Part shown: positions 39,990-53,719 of the stretch, one piece after another | Numbering within the stretch: the stretch's first letter is position 1 | How the letters are laid out: every line of letters begins with the position of its first letter | Notes under the pieces: generated by a model | Seen by the model: only the letters and a program-made list of their open reading frames with translations | Databases searched by the model: none | Told to the model about the DNA's origin: nothing | Translations under genes and position numbers: made by a program | From: Callorhinchus milii | Taxonomy: Eukaryota | Direction of reading: 5' to 3' | DNA: 64,000 nt | NCBI RefSeq assembly: GCF_018977255.1 | Contig: NW_024704742.1 | Location: 137,146,001 to 137,210,000, forward strand

Positions 39990-40335
39990 ACTAATCCTTG
40001 CACTTTGATATAGTGCCTTACTACCTCGTTGAGACGTCTCAAAGCGCTTCACAGGATATACTGTAAAGTGTAGCGTAGTGACTGTGTATTTTGTGAGAGA
40101 AATGCAGCAGCCAATCGTCGAACAGCCCTGGGATCTTTAACATCAGGTGAACAGGCAGATTGGACCTCGGGTTTTAATGTTTCATCCGAAGGACGGCTCC
40201 TCCGACAATGTAACACCCCCCAATGATTGTATTGGAGTGTCTTCTTAGACGATGTGATTCTAAGTCCCGACGTGGGACTCGAGCCCACAGCCTTCTGACT
40301 CCAGAGGCGAGAGGGAGTGTTACCGCTGAGCCAGG
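39990..40335 (-). mobile_element. SacSINE-like DeuSINE
   Basis: Head cagcctggctcagcgg..agtcagaagg on the minus strand, Deu segment and tail. Confidence 0.75.
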
Positions 40336-40446
40336 CTGATACACTGAGTCTCCTCCTGAATCTCCTCTGTCGTCTCTCTCCCCCGCCTTCCCGCAGCGGA
40401 GAGGCTGTGTACTTCCTAACAAGCTAACTGGTTTCTCTCCCCGCAG

Positions 40447-40548
40447 TTGGCTGGGGCACTGACCAGAGTATCGGGGGATTCGGGGAGGAGCCGGGAATTA
40501 AATCGCAGCTGGTAAACCTCATCCGCTCCGTCCGGATGGTCATGAGAC
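40447..40548 (+). CDS. IER3IP1: IER3IP1 exon 2
   Basis: (I)GWGTDQSIGGFGEEPGIKSQLVNLIRSVRMVMR; cgcag/gtgagt; 102 nt. Confidence 0.97.
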
Positions 40549-40714
40549 GTGAGTATTGAACTTTGACTGACTGTCCAGGGACCTTAGGACGTCCTCTGGA
40601 CGTGAAAGGTTTCTTGTTTGTTGGGACTCTCCATACACGGACTGACTTAGCATCTTCCTGCTTCCAGAACTTTTTATTTCCTCCCTCCCCCCCCCCCCCC
40701 CCCTCCCATATCAT

Positions 40715-41192
40715 CTATACGTTACGGTAAAGTTGTGAAAATTTCAATTTTTACCCCAAATTTACTGAAAACTTCAGAAAAAAATAGTGAAACCATGAAA
40801 TCCCTGAAATTAGGAATCAGGAATTTCGTGAAAAAGTGATCCCAGCAGTGGCCGGGAATAGAGGAGATCCCAGGATTATCCTTTGGTGTTGTTATTAATA
40901 GAGATTTAGACACTGACAAGATAGTAGTGCAGGCCTTGTGTTAACAAATGAACATAATAATAATAATAATAACAATAATAATATTAAGCTTTGACTCATC
41001 AGTGAATGAAATGTCACCGGAAATTTATGGTGAATAAAATACACCTTTTCACAATGTGCTATTTATCTGTTGTTAATGCCAACAAATGTCAATGTGAGGC
41101 TGTCAATGTGATAAAATGATCACTTTTTCCCGAAATCCCTGACTCCTAATTTCAGTGGGTTTCACAATCATACTGTGACATGAATCTACGTA
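40715..41192. mobile_element. MITE-like foldback element in IER3IP1 intron 2
   Basis: 40804-40841 and 41118-41155 form a 38-bp inverted repeat (3 mismatches), with further weaker IR outside and an AT-rich interior. Confidence 0.6.
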
Positions 41193-41566
41193 CAGTGAAC
41201 TCCTGATACCCCGACCCTGGCTTAACGTGTCGCTACCATTTAAGTCATCGCTCTGTCAATAGCCCGTTTATACACGTGCCACAATCTGTCTCTGGCACTC
41301 TCAGTTTGGTTTGGAGACTCTGAAGCCCGGTGGCAGGTTTCCGCATGTGTCAGACCCCCGGCTGAAGAGAAGGGGTTTTGAGACGCACACGGGGCGAAGG
41401 GACTTCCAAAAGGTGGGGGGGTGGCGATCTTTGACTGGGCTTTGGGTCATCTTTCCCTGGCGCACCCCCAACTCGCGTGCAACTGTCGAGCCCTTGAGAC
41501 GTCCTCCCGTGGGGCTGTGTTGTGTGTTGTATTGAAACTGATCCTGCCTTCTCTTCCTCCCCGCAG

Positions 41567-41622
41567 TTCCTCTGATCGTGGTGAACTCCATCACCATCGT
41601 GTTACTGCTGCTGTTCGGATGA
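41567..41622 (+). CDS. IER3IP1: IER3IP1 exon 3 (stop)
   Basis: (L)PLIVVNSITIVLLLLFG*. The three exons total 249 nt = 82 aa + stop. Confidence 0.97.
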
Positions 41623-42024
41623 CGGACGACGGGGGGGGGAAAGAACTTCTTAAAGGGGAGGGAGGGGGGGGAAAGGGACAAGGTCGCCATTGAAGAACGT
41701 CTTACCCTACAGCCCGAGTCACCGATGAGGTAGCGAAACAAGCGGAGATCTGGGCATGTCCTGCTCTTAGCCCAACAGCCTCTCTCCTCTCCTCTCTCTC
41801 TCTCTCTCCCTCCTCTCTCTCTTGCTCTCTTTCTCTCACAGACAGTTATCTTCAGGAGGTTTTTATTGTAAGATTACAAGCCGGAGCCTTCGTTCTTTTG
41901 CTTTCGCTTTTATTTTTTGTTTCTCTCCGTTCAATTAATTTGCGGGTTCAACACGGGGAGTGTCTGGCTTGTGCGTCTCTCCCTCTGACTCGGCCATAGA
42001 ACAGTGGCAACCGTTTTGTTTGGG

Positions 42025-42030
42025 AATAAA
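42025..42030 (+). terminator. IER3IP1 polyadenylation signal AATAAA
   Basis: AATAAA about 400 nt after the stop, followed by a GT-rich downstream tract. Confidence 0.7.
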
Positions 42031-43306
42031 GAAAAATGTTTCACAGCCGTCCTGCGGTTTGTTGGTGTGACTCAGCAGACCTGGCGAGAGAGACAGAGAG
42101 AGGGAGGGAGACAGAGAGAGGGAGTAGGGAGCGAGGGTGTAAAGGGAGAGGGATAGGTTAGGAGAGGAGAAGGGTTCAAAGTCTCCAAACCAGACAGATT
42201 ACCAATCTGTGTCACCTCTACAAGGAATTTTTTTGCGTGCATGGAATGGAGACCGAGAGAGACAGAAATAGAGCGGGGAGAGAGATAGAGAGGAGGGGGT
42301 GAGAGAGACGGACACCGAGAGAAAGGGGAGTGAGACAGACCGAGAGAGAGAGCGGCGGGGGGGGGGGGAGAGAGACACAGATAGAGTGGCAAGAGATGGG
42401 GTGAGGAGAGAGAGAGAGAGAGACATAGTGTGTGGAGGGGGAGAGCGGAGAGAGAGAGAGAGACAGAGTGAGGGGAGAGAGCAAGAGGAGAGCGAGAGCG
42501 GGGAAACGATGTGTGGAAGGGGAGGGGTGGGAGTGGGGAGAGGGACAAAGAGAGTGAGCGAGCGCGGACAGGAAGAGAGCAGGGAGAGAGTCGTGATGCT
42601 GTTACGATATCTGATAAGTCTTAGAGGTGAGAGAGCTACCACTGAGTCGGGCCAATCAACAACACAACAGGAGCAATTGCGTTCATACAGTGCCTTTCAC
42701 GTCAGGAGGACCCACGACCCTGGACGATGAGGGTTTCGCACCCGAACTGTGGATTGGGATCGGGTGGGGAGGGGTGGGGGGTAGCAAGGGGGGGAGAAAG
42801 ATGACCGAAAGTGCGGTCGAAGAGGAAGGTCTTAAGATGGGCCTTGAAGGAGGCAAAGGAGGGGGTGAGGCAGAGGGGCTCAGGGATGCAATTCCAGAGG
42901 GTGGGGGCAGAGAGTCTGAAGCTGATAGTGGGGCAGACTGGGCGGGGAAAAAAAGAGTGAGAGAGAGATGGACAGATAGAGCGAGGAGAGAGAGCGGGGA
43001 AAGAGACGAAGAGACAGACGAGAGTGGGGAGAGAGAATCAGAGTGGTGGGAAAGAGAGAGAGAGAGACGGAGAGGTTGCAGAATGAAGGGAGAGGACAGG
43101 TTGGTGAATCACAACGGTGAATCGTGCCGTTGAGACGTCTCCAGGTGCTTCACAGGAGTCGCTGCAAAGCGGCCGGAATAAGCCCAGCATTTGGAAATAG
43201 CATCTTATCGCTTTGCCGAGGGGTCTCCAGGGACTGTAAGGGCTAAATAAACTTGTGACCCTGGGGGTGAAGTCAGGACCAACACAAATTCTTCAATCAA
43301 TTGATA

Positions 43307-43600
43307 TTTATTCATACAAATGAGTAAAAAAATGACATTTCATCAAATCAAATGAATGCTGACGACAGGTTAGTAAAGTTCACCCAATGGGTTGATGGGA
43401 TCAATGTGGGGCTTTGATGTAGGAATTGTCTTGTTAACGTGCAGTGATCCATGTTGGTTGGACTATATCCCTCTTCCCTCCAGATTGGCTGTGGGGAGTG
43501 AGTCCATTCTCTCTTCTCCGATATAAGCCCAAATCTCTGCCTCTTTCTCCCTTTTTGGTCCCAGACACCAGTCTGTTCAATGTCATGTTAGAAACACCGA
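43307..43600 (-). other. Candidate 3'-terminal exon with AATAAA of the minus-strand myosin-derived unit
   Basis: tttgcag acceptor at 43601-43602, non-TE sequence, AATAAA (minus) at 43307-43312. Duplicated at 59580-59874. Confidence 0.45.
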
Positions 43601-44324
43601 CTGCAAACACAGGACAAACTTGATCAAAATTCCACCCGACTGAACCCAAACCAATCTATTGTTGGGCAAACCTTCAGCCACTGTCCACGAGGGTCTTCAC
43701 ACCCAAACCCAACCCACACACACCCAGACACACACTGACAGACACACACACACACTGACAGAGCATAGACACACACACAACAAACACACACCGACACACA
43801 CACACACACTGACAGGGCATAGACACACTCACACAAACAGACACACAGGTATACACACACAGACGCACACAGACACCCACACGGCTGGAATCCTCGTACC
43901 TTCAGCCACTACACCCGAAACTCTGGAACTCTCCCCCTCAACCCCTCGCCCCCTCCTTCCCCATCTTCAGGTCACGACTCGAGTGGCCACCGATTTGTAG
44001 ACAAGTGAGAGGTTCTTGAACTCGATCTGATCTGTGAGATAACAGACACCACGACAGAGACACACAGAGACAGAGAGAGACACACAGACAGACACACATG
44101 TAGAGAGAGACACATACACACAGAGAGACACACACACAGAGATACACAGAGAGAGAACACACACACAAAGTACGATGTATACGGAGACACACACACACAC
44201 AGACATAACCACACAGACAGAGACATACACACACAGAGATATAAACGGAGACACACACACACACAGAAGTACACACACACAGACAGACACCCACACACTC
44301 CCACACTGACTCCCACTCCCTTAC

Positions 44325-44406
44325 CGGGTTAATCAGCTGTTGGAGTCTCTCATTAACGCCGTTGATGTCAAACTCTTCAAATCTGTTGATCTCAAATGTT
44401 TCAAAC
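44325..44406 (-). pseudogene. Degenerate class V myosin motor exon (post-switch II/relay helix)
   Basis: 82-nt cag..gtaagg exon reading FETFEINRFEEFDINGVNERLQQLINP. Ungapped match to myosin V [27 protein letters not shown]. Confidence 0.85.
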
Positions 44407-44812
44407 CTGCAGTGAAACTTGGCTCAGGTTTGGCGGTGCCCAGGAATCCAACCCTGGTCCTCTGGCTTGCGGGGCGAGTGCTCTAACCACTACACCACAG
44501 GACTCCACAGGAACCTTTTCCATCTGGAAATAGAAATCCTTGTCTGCACCGCCTGAAAGAGGATAAGGCCGAGTTACCACACAAGACATCACCAGAGAGA
44601 TTCGGGAGGAAAAGGCCTTTGGGCCCATTTGATTGCAAACTTCCCCAACGTCAGCCCATCACAGCATCTCAACTGGTTTGGGGATCGAGTCCCGGCTCAA
44701 CCTTAGTGGATCCCCTCCACTGAGAGGGTGAGAGAGAGGTGAGAGAGAGAGAGAGAGGGTGAGAGATAGAGAGAGAGAGAGAGGGGGAGAGAGAGAGAGA
44801 GAGAGAGGGAAC

Positions 44813-44958
44813 CATTGCCACGTTTATGATGTTCCATAACAGACAGTTCAATATCTCATCCAAATGCCGTCTCCGTCCATGTTGTGGTTCTGGTAGAAAT
44901 CACTGCGCTCCTCCTCCTGCTCCTTCATGTCCTCCTCCTGCTCCAGTTTGAACACGAG
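44813..44958 (-). pseudogene. Degenerate myosin V exon ([14 protein letters not shown]...DFY homolog) with premature stop
   Basis: ttgcag acceptor, then [36 protein letters not shown], versus myosin V [26 protein letters not shown]. Confidence 0.85.
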
Positions 44959-46601
44959 CTGCAACGGGACAGTGAGGGGGGAAATCCCCGTACCCTCCGC
45001 TCCCCCAGCGCCGGCCGCGCTTTCAGCCATTATGCCCCGAAACTCTGGAACTCTCTCCCCCAACACTTGTCCCCTCCGACCCCATCTTCAGGGGCTCCTC
45101 GAGTGGCTGAAGCCCGTGGCCACTGATCAGCACCAGACACACAGAGAGAGACACACACACACATACACACACAGACACACACACAGACACACACACACAG
45201 ACACACACACAGACACACAAACACACACACAGACACACACACAAACAGACATACAAACACAGACATAAACACACAGACACACGTACACACACACACACAC
45301 ACAAACAGACATACAAACACAGACCTACAGATGCACATACAACAACAACAACAACAACAAGATTCCATTTATAAAGTGCCTTTCACGTCAGGTGGACGTC
45401 CCGAGGCGCTGCACAGTTGGGTCAGGACCCGAGCATTGGGGGGAAATGGTCAGGGTGAGGGGAGGGAAGGGAGGGAGCGAGGAGGGGGAAATGGTCAGGG
45501 TGAGGGGAGGGAAGGGAGGGAGCGAGGAGGGGGGAAATGGTCAGGGTGAGGAGAGGGAAGGGAGGGAGCGAGGAGGGGGGAAATGGTCAGGGTGAGGGGA
45601 GGGAAGGGAGGGAGCGAGGAGGGAGTAGAGAGTCGAGAGGAGAGCTGAAGGCTGAAGGTCAAAGAGAAAGGTCTTGAGACCGGCCTTGAAGGAGGAAAGG
45701 GAGGAGGCGGCGAAGGCACTGGGGATGGAGTTCCAGAGCCTCGGGGCTGAGAGGCTGAAGGCCCGACCACCGATGGTAGGGCGGTTGGGGCGGGGGATGT
45801 GGAGCAGACCGGAGCCAGAGGAACGGAGGGTACGGGCAGGTAGGGAGGGGGATAGTAGGTCGGAGAGGTAGGAGGAGCGAGGCCGGGAATGGCCTTGTAG
45901 GTGAGGATGAGGATCTTGAAATCAAATACATACAGACACACACAGACACACACTCAGAGACAAACACACAGACGTACACACACACACAGACATACACACA
46001 TACAAACACAGTGACACACACACAGACACACGCAGACACGCAGGCGCACACATACAGACCCACACAGATGCACACACACAGACACGCGCTCAAACAGACC
46101 CACCCCCACAGAGACACACGCACACAGACACACACACACACCATACAGACACACACACACATATAAACCACAAAATTACATTTATATCGCGCATTTCACG
46201 TCGGGAGAATGTCACAGACACAGCCACAGATATACATACAGACACACTCAGACATATACATATACAGACAGACATACACACACACACAGACATGCACGCA
46301 CACACAGACAGACACACACACATAGATGCAGACACACGCACACAGGTGCTCACACACACAGACACACATGCAAACACAGTGACACACACACACAGACACA
46401 CATACACAGAACACACAGACACAGATACGCACACACAGACATATCTACAGACACAGTGACACACACACACACAGACACTCGCATACACACCCACGCAGGC
46501 ACACCCACACTCACACCCACACACAGACCCATACAGACGCGCGAACACACAGATGCACACACACAGACGCGTGCGCACACAGAAGCACATCCACAAAGAC
46601 A

Positions 46602-46632
<31 letters not shown>

Positions 46633-48688
46633 CATACAGACACACACACACCATACAGACACACACACACCATACAGACACACACACACACCATACAGAC
46701 ACACACACACCATACAGATACACACAACACACACACACACCATACAGACACACACACACCATACAGACACACACACACACACCATACAGACACACACACA
46801 CACCATACAGACACACACACACCATACAGACACACACACACCATACAGACACACACACCATACAGACACACACACATACACAGAACAACAACAAAATTAA
46901 ATTTTTATAGCGCATTTCACGTCGGGAGAATTTCACACACACAGACACAGACACAGATGCACACACCAGAGACGCACACACACACACACACTGACACAGA
47001 TGCACACACCTGTGACGCATGCACACACACACACACACACACAGACATACATATACACATACAGACACACACCGACATATACGCACACAGACACAGACAT
47101 ACACACACCGACAGACACACACACAGACACACATAAGCAGACGCTCACACATGCAGACATGCATACACACCCAGACAGACACACACCCAGACAGACAGAC
47201 ACACACACACACACGCACACAGACGAGCATACACACACAGATGCGCACACACAGAGACAGGCACACACATATATACCCAGACAGATACACACACAGACAC
47301 ACATAAACAGACACCCTCAGACAGACACACACACACATGCAGAAACACACACAAAAAAAACACACACAGATAGACACAGACACAGGTACACACACACAGA
47401 CAGACACAGACACAGGAATCAGACACACACATAGAAACACACGCACACACACATACACACACATGTACACACACAAACAGACGTACAAACACAGACGTAC
47501 ACACACAGATAGAAACACGCGCATACACACACGTACACACAGACATACACACACAGACACACATACACACAAACAGACATACAAACACAGACATACACAC
47601 ATAGAAACACACGCACACACATGTACACGTACACACGTACACACAGACATACACACACAGACATACAAACACAGACATACACACGCTCATGCAGACACGC
47701 ACAGACACACACTCAGAGACACACACACAGACATACACACAGACATACACAGACATGCACAGACAGACACACATACAAACACAGTGACACACACACAGAC
47801 AGACGCGTCAACACAGACATACCTACAGACACAGAGACACACAGACACCCGCACACAGACAGACGCGCCCACACACACACAGATGCGCACACACAGAGAC
47901 AGGCACACACATATACACCCAGACAGATACACACACAGACACACATAGACAGACACCCTCAGACAGACACACAGACACACACATACACACACATGCAGAA
48001 ACAGACACACACAAAGACACACACAGAAACACACACACAAAAAAACACACACACACACAGACAGACACAGATACAGACAGACACAGACACACACACGGCT
48101 GGAATCCTCGCGCCTTCAGCCACTACACCCGAAACTCTGGAACTCTCCCCCTCAACCCCTCGCCCCCTCCTTCCCCATCTTCAGGTCACGACTCGAGTGG
48201 CCACCGATTTGTAGACAAGTGAGAGGTTCTTGAAATCGATCGGATCTGTGAGATAACAGACACCACGACAGAGACACACAGAGAGACACACAGAGACACA
48301 CACACAGAGACACACAGAGAGACACAGAGACACACAGAGACACACAGAGACACACAGAGAGACACAGAGACACACAGAGAGACACAGAGAGAGAGAGAGT
48401 GGCACTGACAGACACACATGTAGAGAGAGACATACACAGAGAGACATACACAGAGAGACATACACAGAGAGACACAGAGACACACAGAGACACACAGAGA
48501 GACACACAGAGAGAGAGAGTGGCACTGACGGACACACATGTAGAGAGAGACATACACAGAGAGACATACACACAAAGAGAAAGAGAGAGAGAGACATACA
48601 CAAAATACGATGTATACGGAGACACACACACACACACAGACATAACCACACAGACAGAGACACACACACACAGAGATATAAACGGAGA

Positions 48689-48787
48689 CAAATGCCGTCT
48701 CCGTCCATGTTGTGGTTCTGGTAGAAAATCACTGCGCTCCTCCTCCTGCTCCTTCATGTCCTCCTCCTGCTCCAGTTTGAACACGAG
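48689..48787 (-). pseudogene. Truncated, frameshifted copy of the LVFKLEQ myosin V exon
   Basis: Same sequence with one extra base (gtagaaaatc), truncated after GGCATTTG. Confidence 0.8.
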
Positions 48788-49162
48788 CTGCAACGGGACA
48801 GTGAGGGGGGAAATCCCCGTACCCTCCGCTCCCCCAGCGCCGGCCGCGCTTTCAGCCATTATGCCCCGAAACTCTGGAACTCTCTCCCCCAACACTTGTC
48901 CCCTCCGACCCCATCTTCAGGGGCTCCTCGAGTGGCTGAAGCCCGTGGCCACTGATCAGCACCAGACACACAGAGAGAGACACACACACACACACACACA
49001 CACATATGTACACACACACACACACACAAACAGACATACAAACACAGACCTACAGATGCACATACAACAACAACAACAACAACAAGATTCCATTTATAAA
49101 GCGCCTTTCACGTCAGGAGGACGTCCCAAGGCGCTGCACAGTTGGGTCAGGACCCGAGCATT

Positions 49163-49490
49163 GGGGGGAAATGGTCAGGGTGAGGGGAGGGAAGGGAGGG
49201 AGCGAGGAGGGGGGAAATGGTCAGGGTGAGGGGAGGGAAGGGAGGGAGCGAGGAGGGGGGAAATGGTCAGGGTGGGGGGAGGGAAGGGAGGGAGCGAGGA
49301 GGGGGGAAATGGTCAGGGTGAGGGGAGGGAAGGGAGGGAGCGAGGAGGGGGGAAATGGTCAGGGTGGGGGGAGGGAAGGGAGGGAGCGAGGAGGGGGGAA
49401 ATGGTCAGGGTGAGGGGAGGGGGAGGAGTGAGCGAGGAGGGGGGAAATGGTCAGGGTGAGGGGAGGGAAGGGAGGGAGCGAGGAGGGGGT
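49163..49490. repeat. G-rich ~44-bp minisatellite (ggggaaatggtcagggtgaggggagggaagggagggagcgagga) with variable copy number between units
   Basis: About 7 copies here, about 4 at 45437-45620 and 2 at 62025-62120. Confidence 0.9.
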
Positions 49491-52400
49491 AGAGAGTCGA
49501 GAGGGGAGCTGAAGGCTCGGTCAAAGAGAAAGGCCTTGAGACCGGCCTTGAAGGAGGAAAGGGAGGAGGCGGCGAAGGCACTGGGGATGGAGTTCCAGAG
49601 CCTCGGGGCTGAGAGGCTGAAGGCCACCGATGGTCGGGCGGTTGGGGCGGGGGATGTGGAGCAGACCGGAGCCAGAGGAACGGAGGGTACGGGCAGGTAG
49701 GGAGGGGGATAGTAGGTCGGAGAGGTAGGAGGGAGCGAGGCCGTGAATGGCCTTGTAGGTGAGGATGAGGATCTTGAAATCAAATACATACAGACACACA
49801 CAGACACAAACTCAGAGACAAACACACAGACGTACACACACACACAGACATACAAACACAGACCTACAGATGCACATACAGACACACACAGACACAAACT
49901 CAGAGACAAACACACAGACGTACACACACACACAGACATACACACATACAAACACAGTGACACACACACAGACACACGCAACACGCAGGCGCACACATAC
50001 AGACCCACACAGATGCACACACACAGACACGCGCGCAAACAGACCCACCCCCACAGAGACACACGCACACAGACACACACACACACCATACAGACACACA
50101 CACACACACACACACACACAGACCATACAGACACACACACACACACACATATAAACAACAAAATTACATTTATATCGCGCATTTCACGTCGGGAGAATGT
50201 CACAGACACAGCCACAGACATACATACAGACACACTCAGACAAATACATATACAGACAGACATACACAAACACACAGACATGCACGCACACACAGACAGA
50301 CACACACACATAGATGCAGACACACGCACACAGGTGCTCACACACACAGACACACATGCAAACACAGTGACACACACACACAGACACACATACACAGAAC
50401 ACACAGACACAGATACGCACACACAGACATATCTACAGACACAGTGACACACACACACACAGACACTCGCACACACACCCACGCAGGCACACCCACACTC
50501 ACACCCACACACAGACCCATACAGACGCGCGAACACACAGATGCACACACACAGACGCGTGCGCACACAGAAGCACATCCACAAAGACACGCGCACACAC
50601 ACACACACACACACACACCATACAGACACACACACACCATACAGACACACACACACCATACAGACACACACACACCATACAGACACGGACACACACCATA
50701 CAGACACACACACACACACCATACAGACACACACACACCATACAGACACACACACACACCATACAGACACACACACACCATACAGACACACACACACACC
50801 ATACAGACACACACACACACCATACAGACACACACACACCATACAGACACACACACACCATACAGACACACACACCATACAGACACACACACACCATACA
50901 GACACACACACACACACCATACAGACACACACACACACCATACAGACACACACCATACAGACACACACATTTTTATAACGCATTTCACGTCGGGAGAATG
51001 TCACACACACAGACACAGACACAGATGCACACACCAGAGACGCACACACACACGCACACACACAAACAGACATACATATACACATACAGACACACACCGA
51101 CATATACGCACACAGACACAGACATACACACACCGACAGACACACACACACGCAGACACACATAAGCAGACGCTCACACATGCAGACACGCATACACACC
51201 CAGACAGACACACACCCAGACAGACAGACAGACAGACACACACACACACACACGCACACAGACGCGCATACACACACAGATGCGCACACACAGAGACAGG
51301 CACACACATATATACCCAGACAGACAGACACACAGACACATATAAACAGACACCTCAGACAGACACACACACAGACACACACACACATGCAGAAACACAC
51401 ACAAAAAAAACACACACAGATAGACACAGACACAGGTACACAAACACAGACAGACACAGACACAGGAATCAGACACACACATAGAAACACACGCACACAC
51501 AAATACACACACATGTACACACACAAACAGACGTACAAACACAGACGTACACACACAAATAGAAACACGCGCATACACACACGTACACACAGACATACAC
51601 ACACAGACATACAAACACAGACATACACACGCTCATGCAGACACGCACAGACACACACTCAGAGACACACACACAGACATACACACAGACATACACAGAC
51701 ATGCACAGACAGACACACATACAAACACAGTGACACACACACACACACACAGACAGACGCGCCAACACAGACATACCTACAGACACAGAGACACACAGAC
51801 ACCCGCACACAGACAGACGCGCCCACACACACACAGATGCGCACACACAGAGACAGGCACACACATATACACCCAGACAGACACACACACACCATACAGA
51901 CACACACACCATACAGACACACACACACACACACACACACACCATACAGACACACACACACCATACAGACACACACACATACACAGAACAACAACAAAAT
52001 TACATTTTTATAGCGCATTTCACGTCGGGAGAATGTCACACACACAGACACAGACACAGATGCACACACCAGAGACGCACACACACACACACACAAACAG
52101 ACATACATATACACATACAGACACACACCGACATATACGCACACAGACACAGACATACACACACCGACAGACACACACACACGCAGACACACATACGCAG
52201 ACGCTCACACACGCAGACACGCATACACACCCAGACAGACACACACCCAGACAGACAGACAGACACACACACACACACACACGCACACAGACGCGCATAC
52301 ACACACAGATGCGCACACACAGAGACAGGCACACACATATATACCCAGACAGACAGACACACAGACACATATAAACAGACACCCTCAGACAGACACACAC

Positions 52401-53621
52401 ACAGACACACACACACATGCAGAAACACACACAAAAAAAACACACACAGATAGACACAGACACAGGTACACAAAACAGACAGACACAGACACAGGAATCA
52501 GACACACACATAGAAACACACGCACACACAAATACACACACATGTACACACACAAACAGACGTACAAACACAGACGTACACACACAAATAGAAACACGCG
52601 CATACACACACGTACACACAGACATACACACACAGACACACATACACACAAACAGACATACAAACACAGACATACACACATAGAAACACACCCACACACA
52701 TGTACACGTACACACGTACACACACAGACATACAAACACAGACATACACACGCTCATGCCGACACGCACAGACACACACTCAGAGACACACACACAGACA
52801 TACACACACATGCACAGACAGACACACATACAAACACAGTGACACACACACACACACAGACGCGCCAACACAGACATACCTACAGACACAGAGACACACA
52901 GACACCCGCACACAGACAGCCGCGCCCACACACACACAGATGCGCACACACAGAGACAGGCACACACATATACACCCAGACAGACACACACACAGACACA
53001 CATAGACAGACACCCTCAGACAGACACACAGACACACACATACACACACATGCAGAAACAGACACACACACATACACACACAAAGACACACACAGAAACA
53101 CACACACAAAAAAACACAGACACAAAAAAACACACTCACAGACAGACGTAGACACAGATAAACACACACACACACACGGCTGGAATCCTCGCGCCTTCAG
53201 TCACTACACCCGAAACTCTGGAACTCTCCCCCTCAACCCCTCGCCCCCTCCTTCCCCATCTTCAGGTCATGACTCGAGTGGCCACCAATTTGTAGACAAG
53301 TGAGAGGTTCTTGAAATCGATCGGATCTGTGAGATAACAGACACCACGACACAGACACACAGAGACACAGAGAGACACAGAGACACACAGAGACACACAG
53401 AGAGACACAGAGACACACAGAGAGACACAGAGAGAGAGAGAGTGGCACTGACAGACACACATGTAGAGAGAGACATACACAGAGAGACATACACACAGAG
53501 AGAAAGAGAGAGAGAGAGAGACATACACAAAGTACGATGTATACGGAGACACACACACACACACACACACAGACATAACCACACAGACAGAGACACACAC
53601 ACACAGAGATATAAACGGAGA

Positions 53622-53719
53622 CAAATGCCGTCTCCGTCCATGTTGTGGTTCTGGTAGAAATCACTGCGCTCCTCCTCCTGCTCCTTCATGTCCTCCTCCT
53701 GCTCCAGTTTGAACACGAG
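53622..53719 (-). pseudogene. Truncated copy of the LVFKLEQ myosin V exon
   Basis: Same sequence, truncated at the same junction as the 48.7 kb copy. Confidence 0.8.

Larger units (their letters stand above)
43211..48000. repeat. Segmental duplication copy 1 (paired with 59483-64000)
   Basis: Unique segments (ctttgccgaggggtctccagggactg...) are colinear and near-identical about 16.3 kb apart. The right end is approximate. Confidence 0.9.

Noticed and set aside
43960..44040. Repeated minus-strand peptide [15 protein letters not shown] as a possible exon
   Set aside because: Matches the L2 ORF2 motif RIEFKILxLxYK, so it is a TE remnant.
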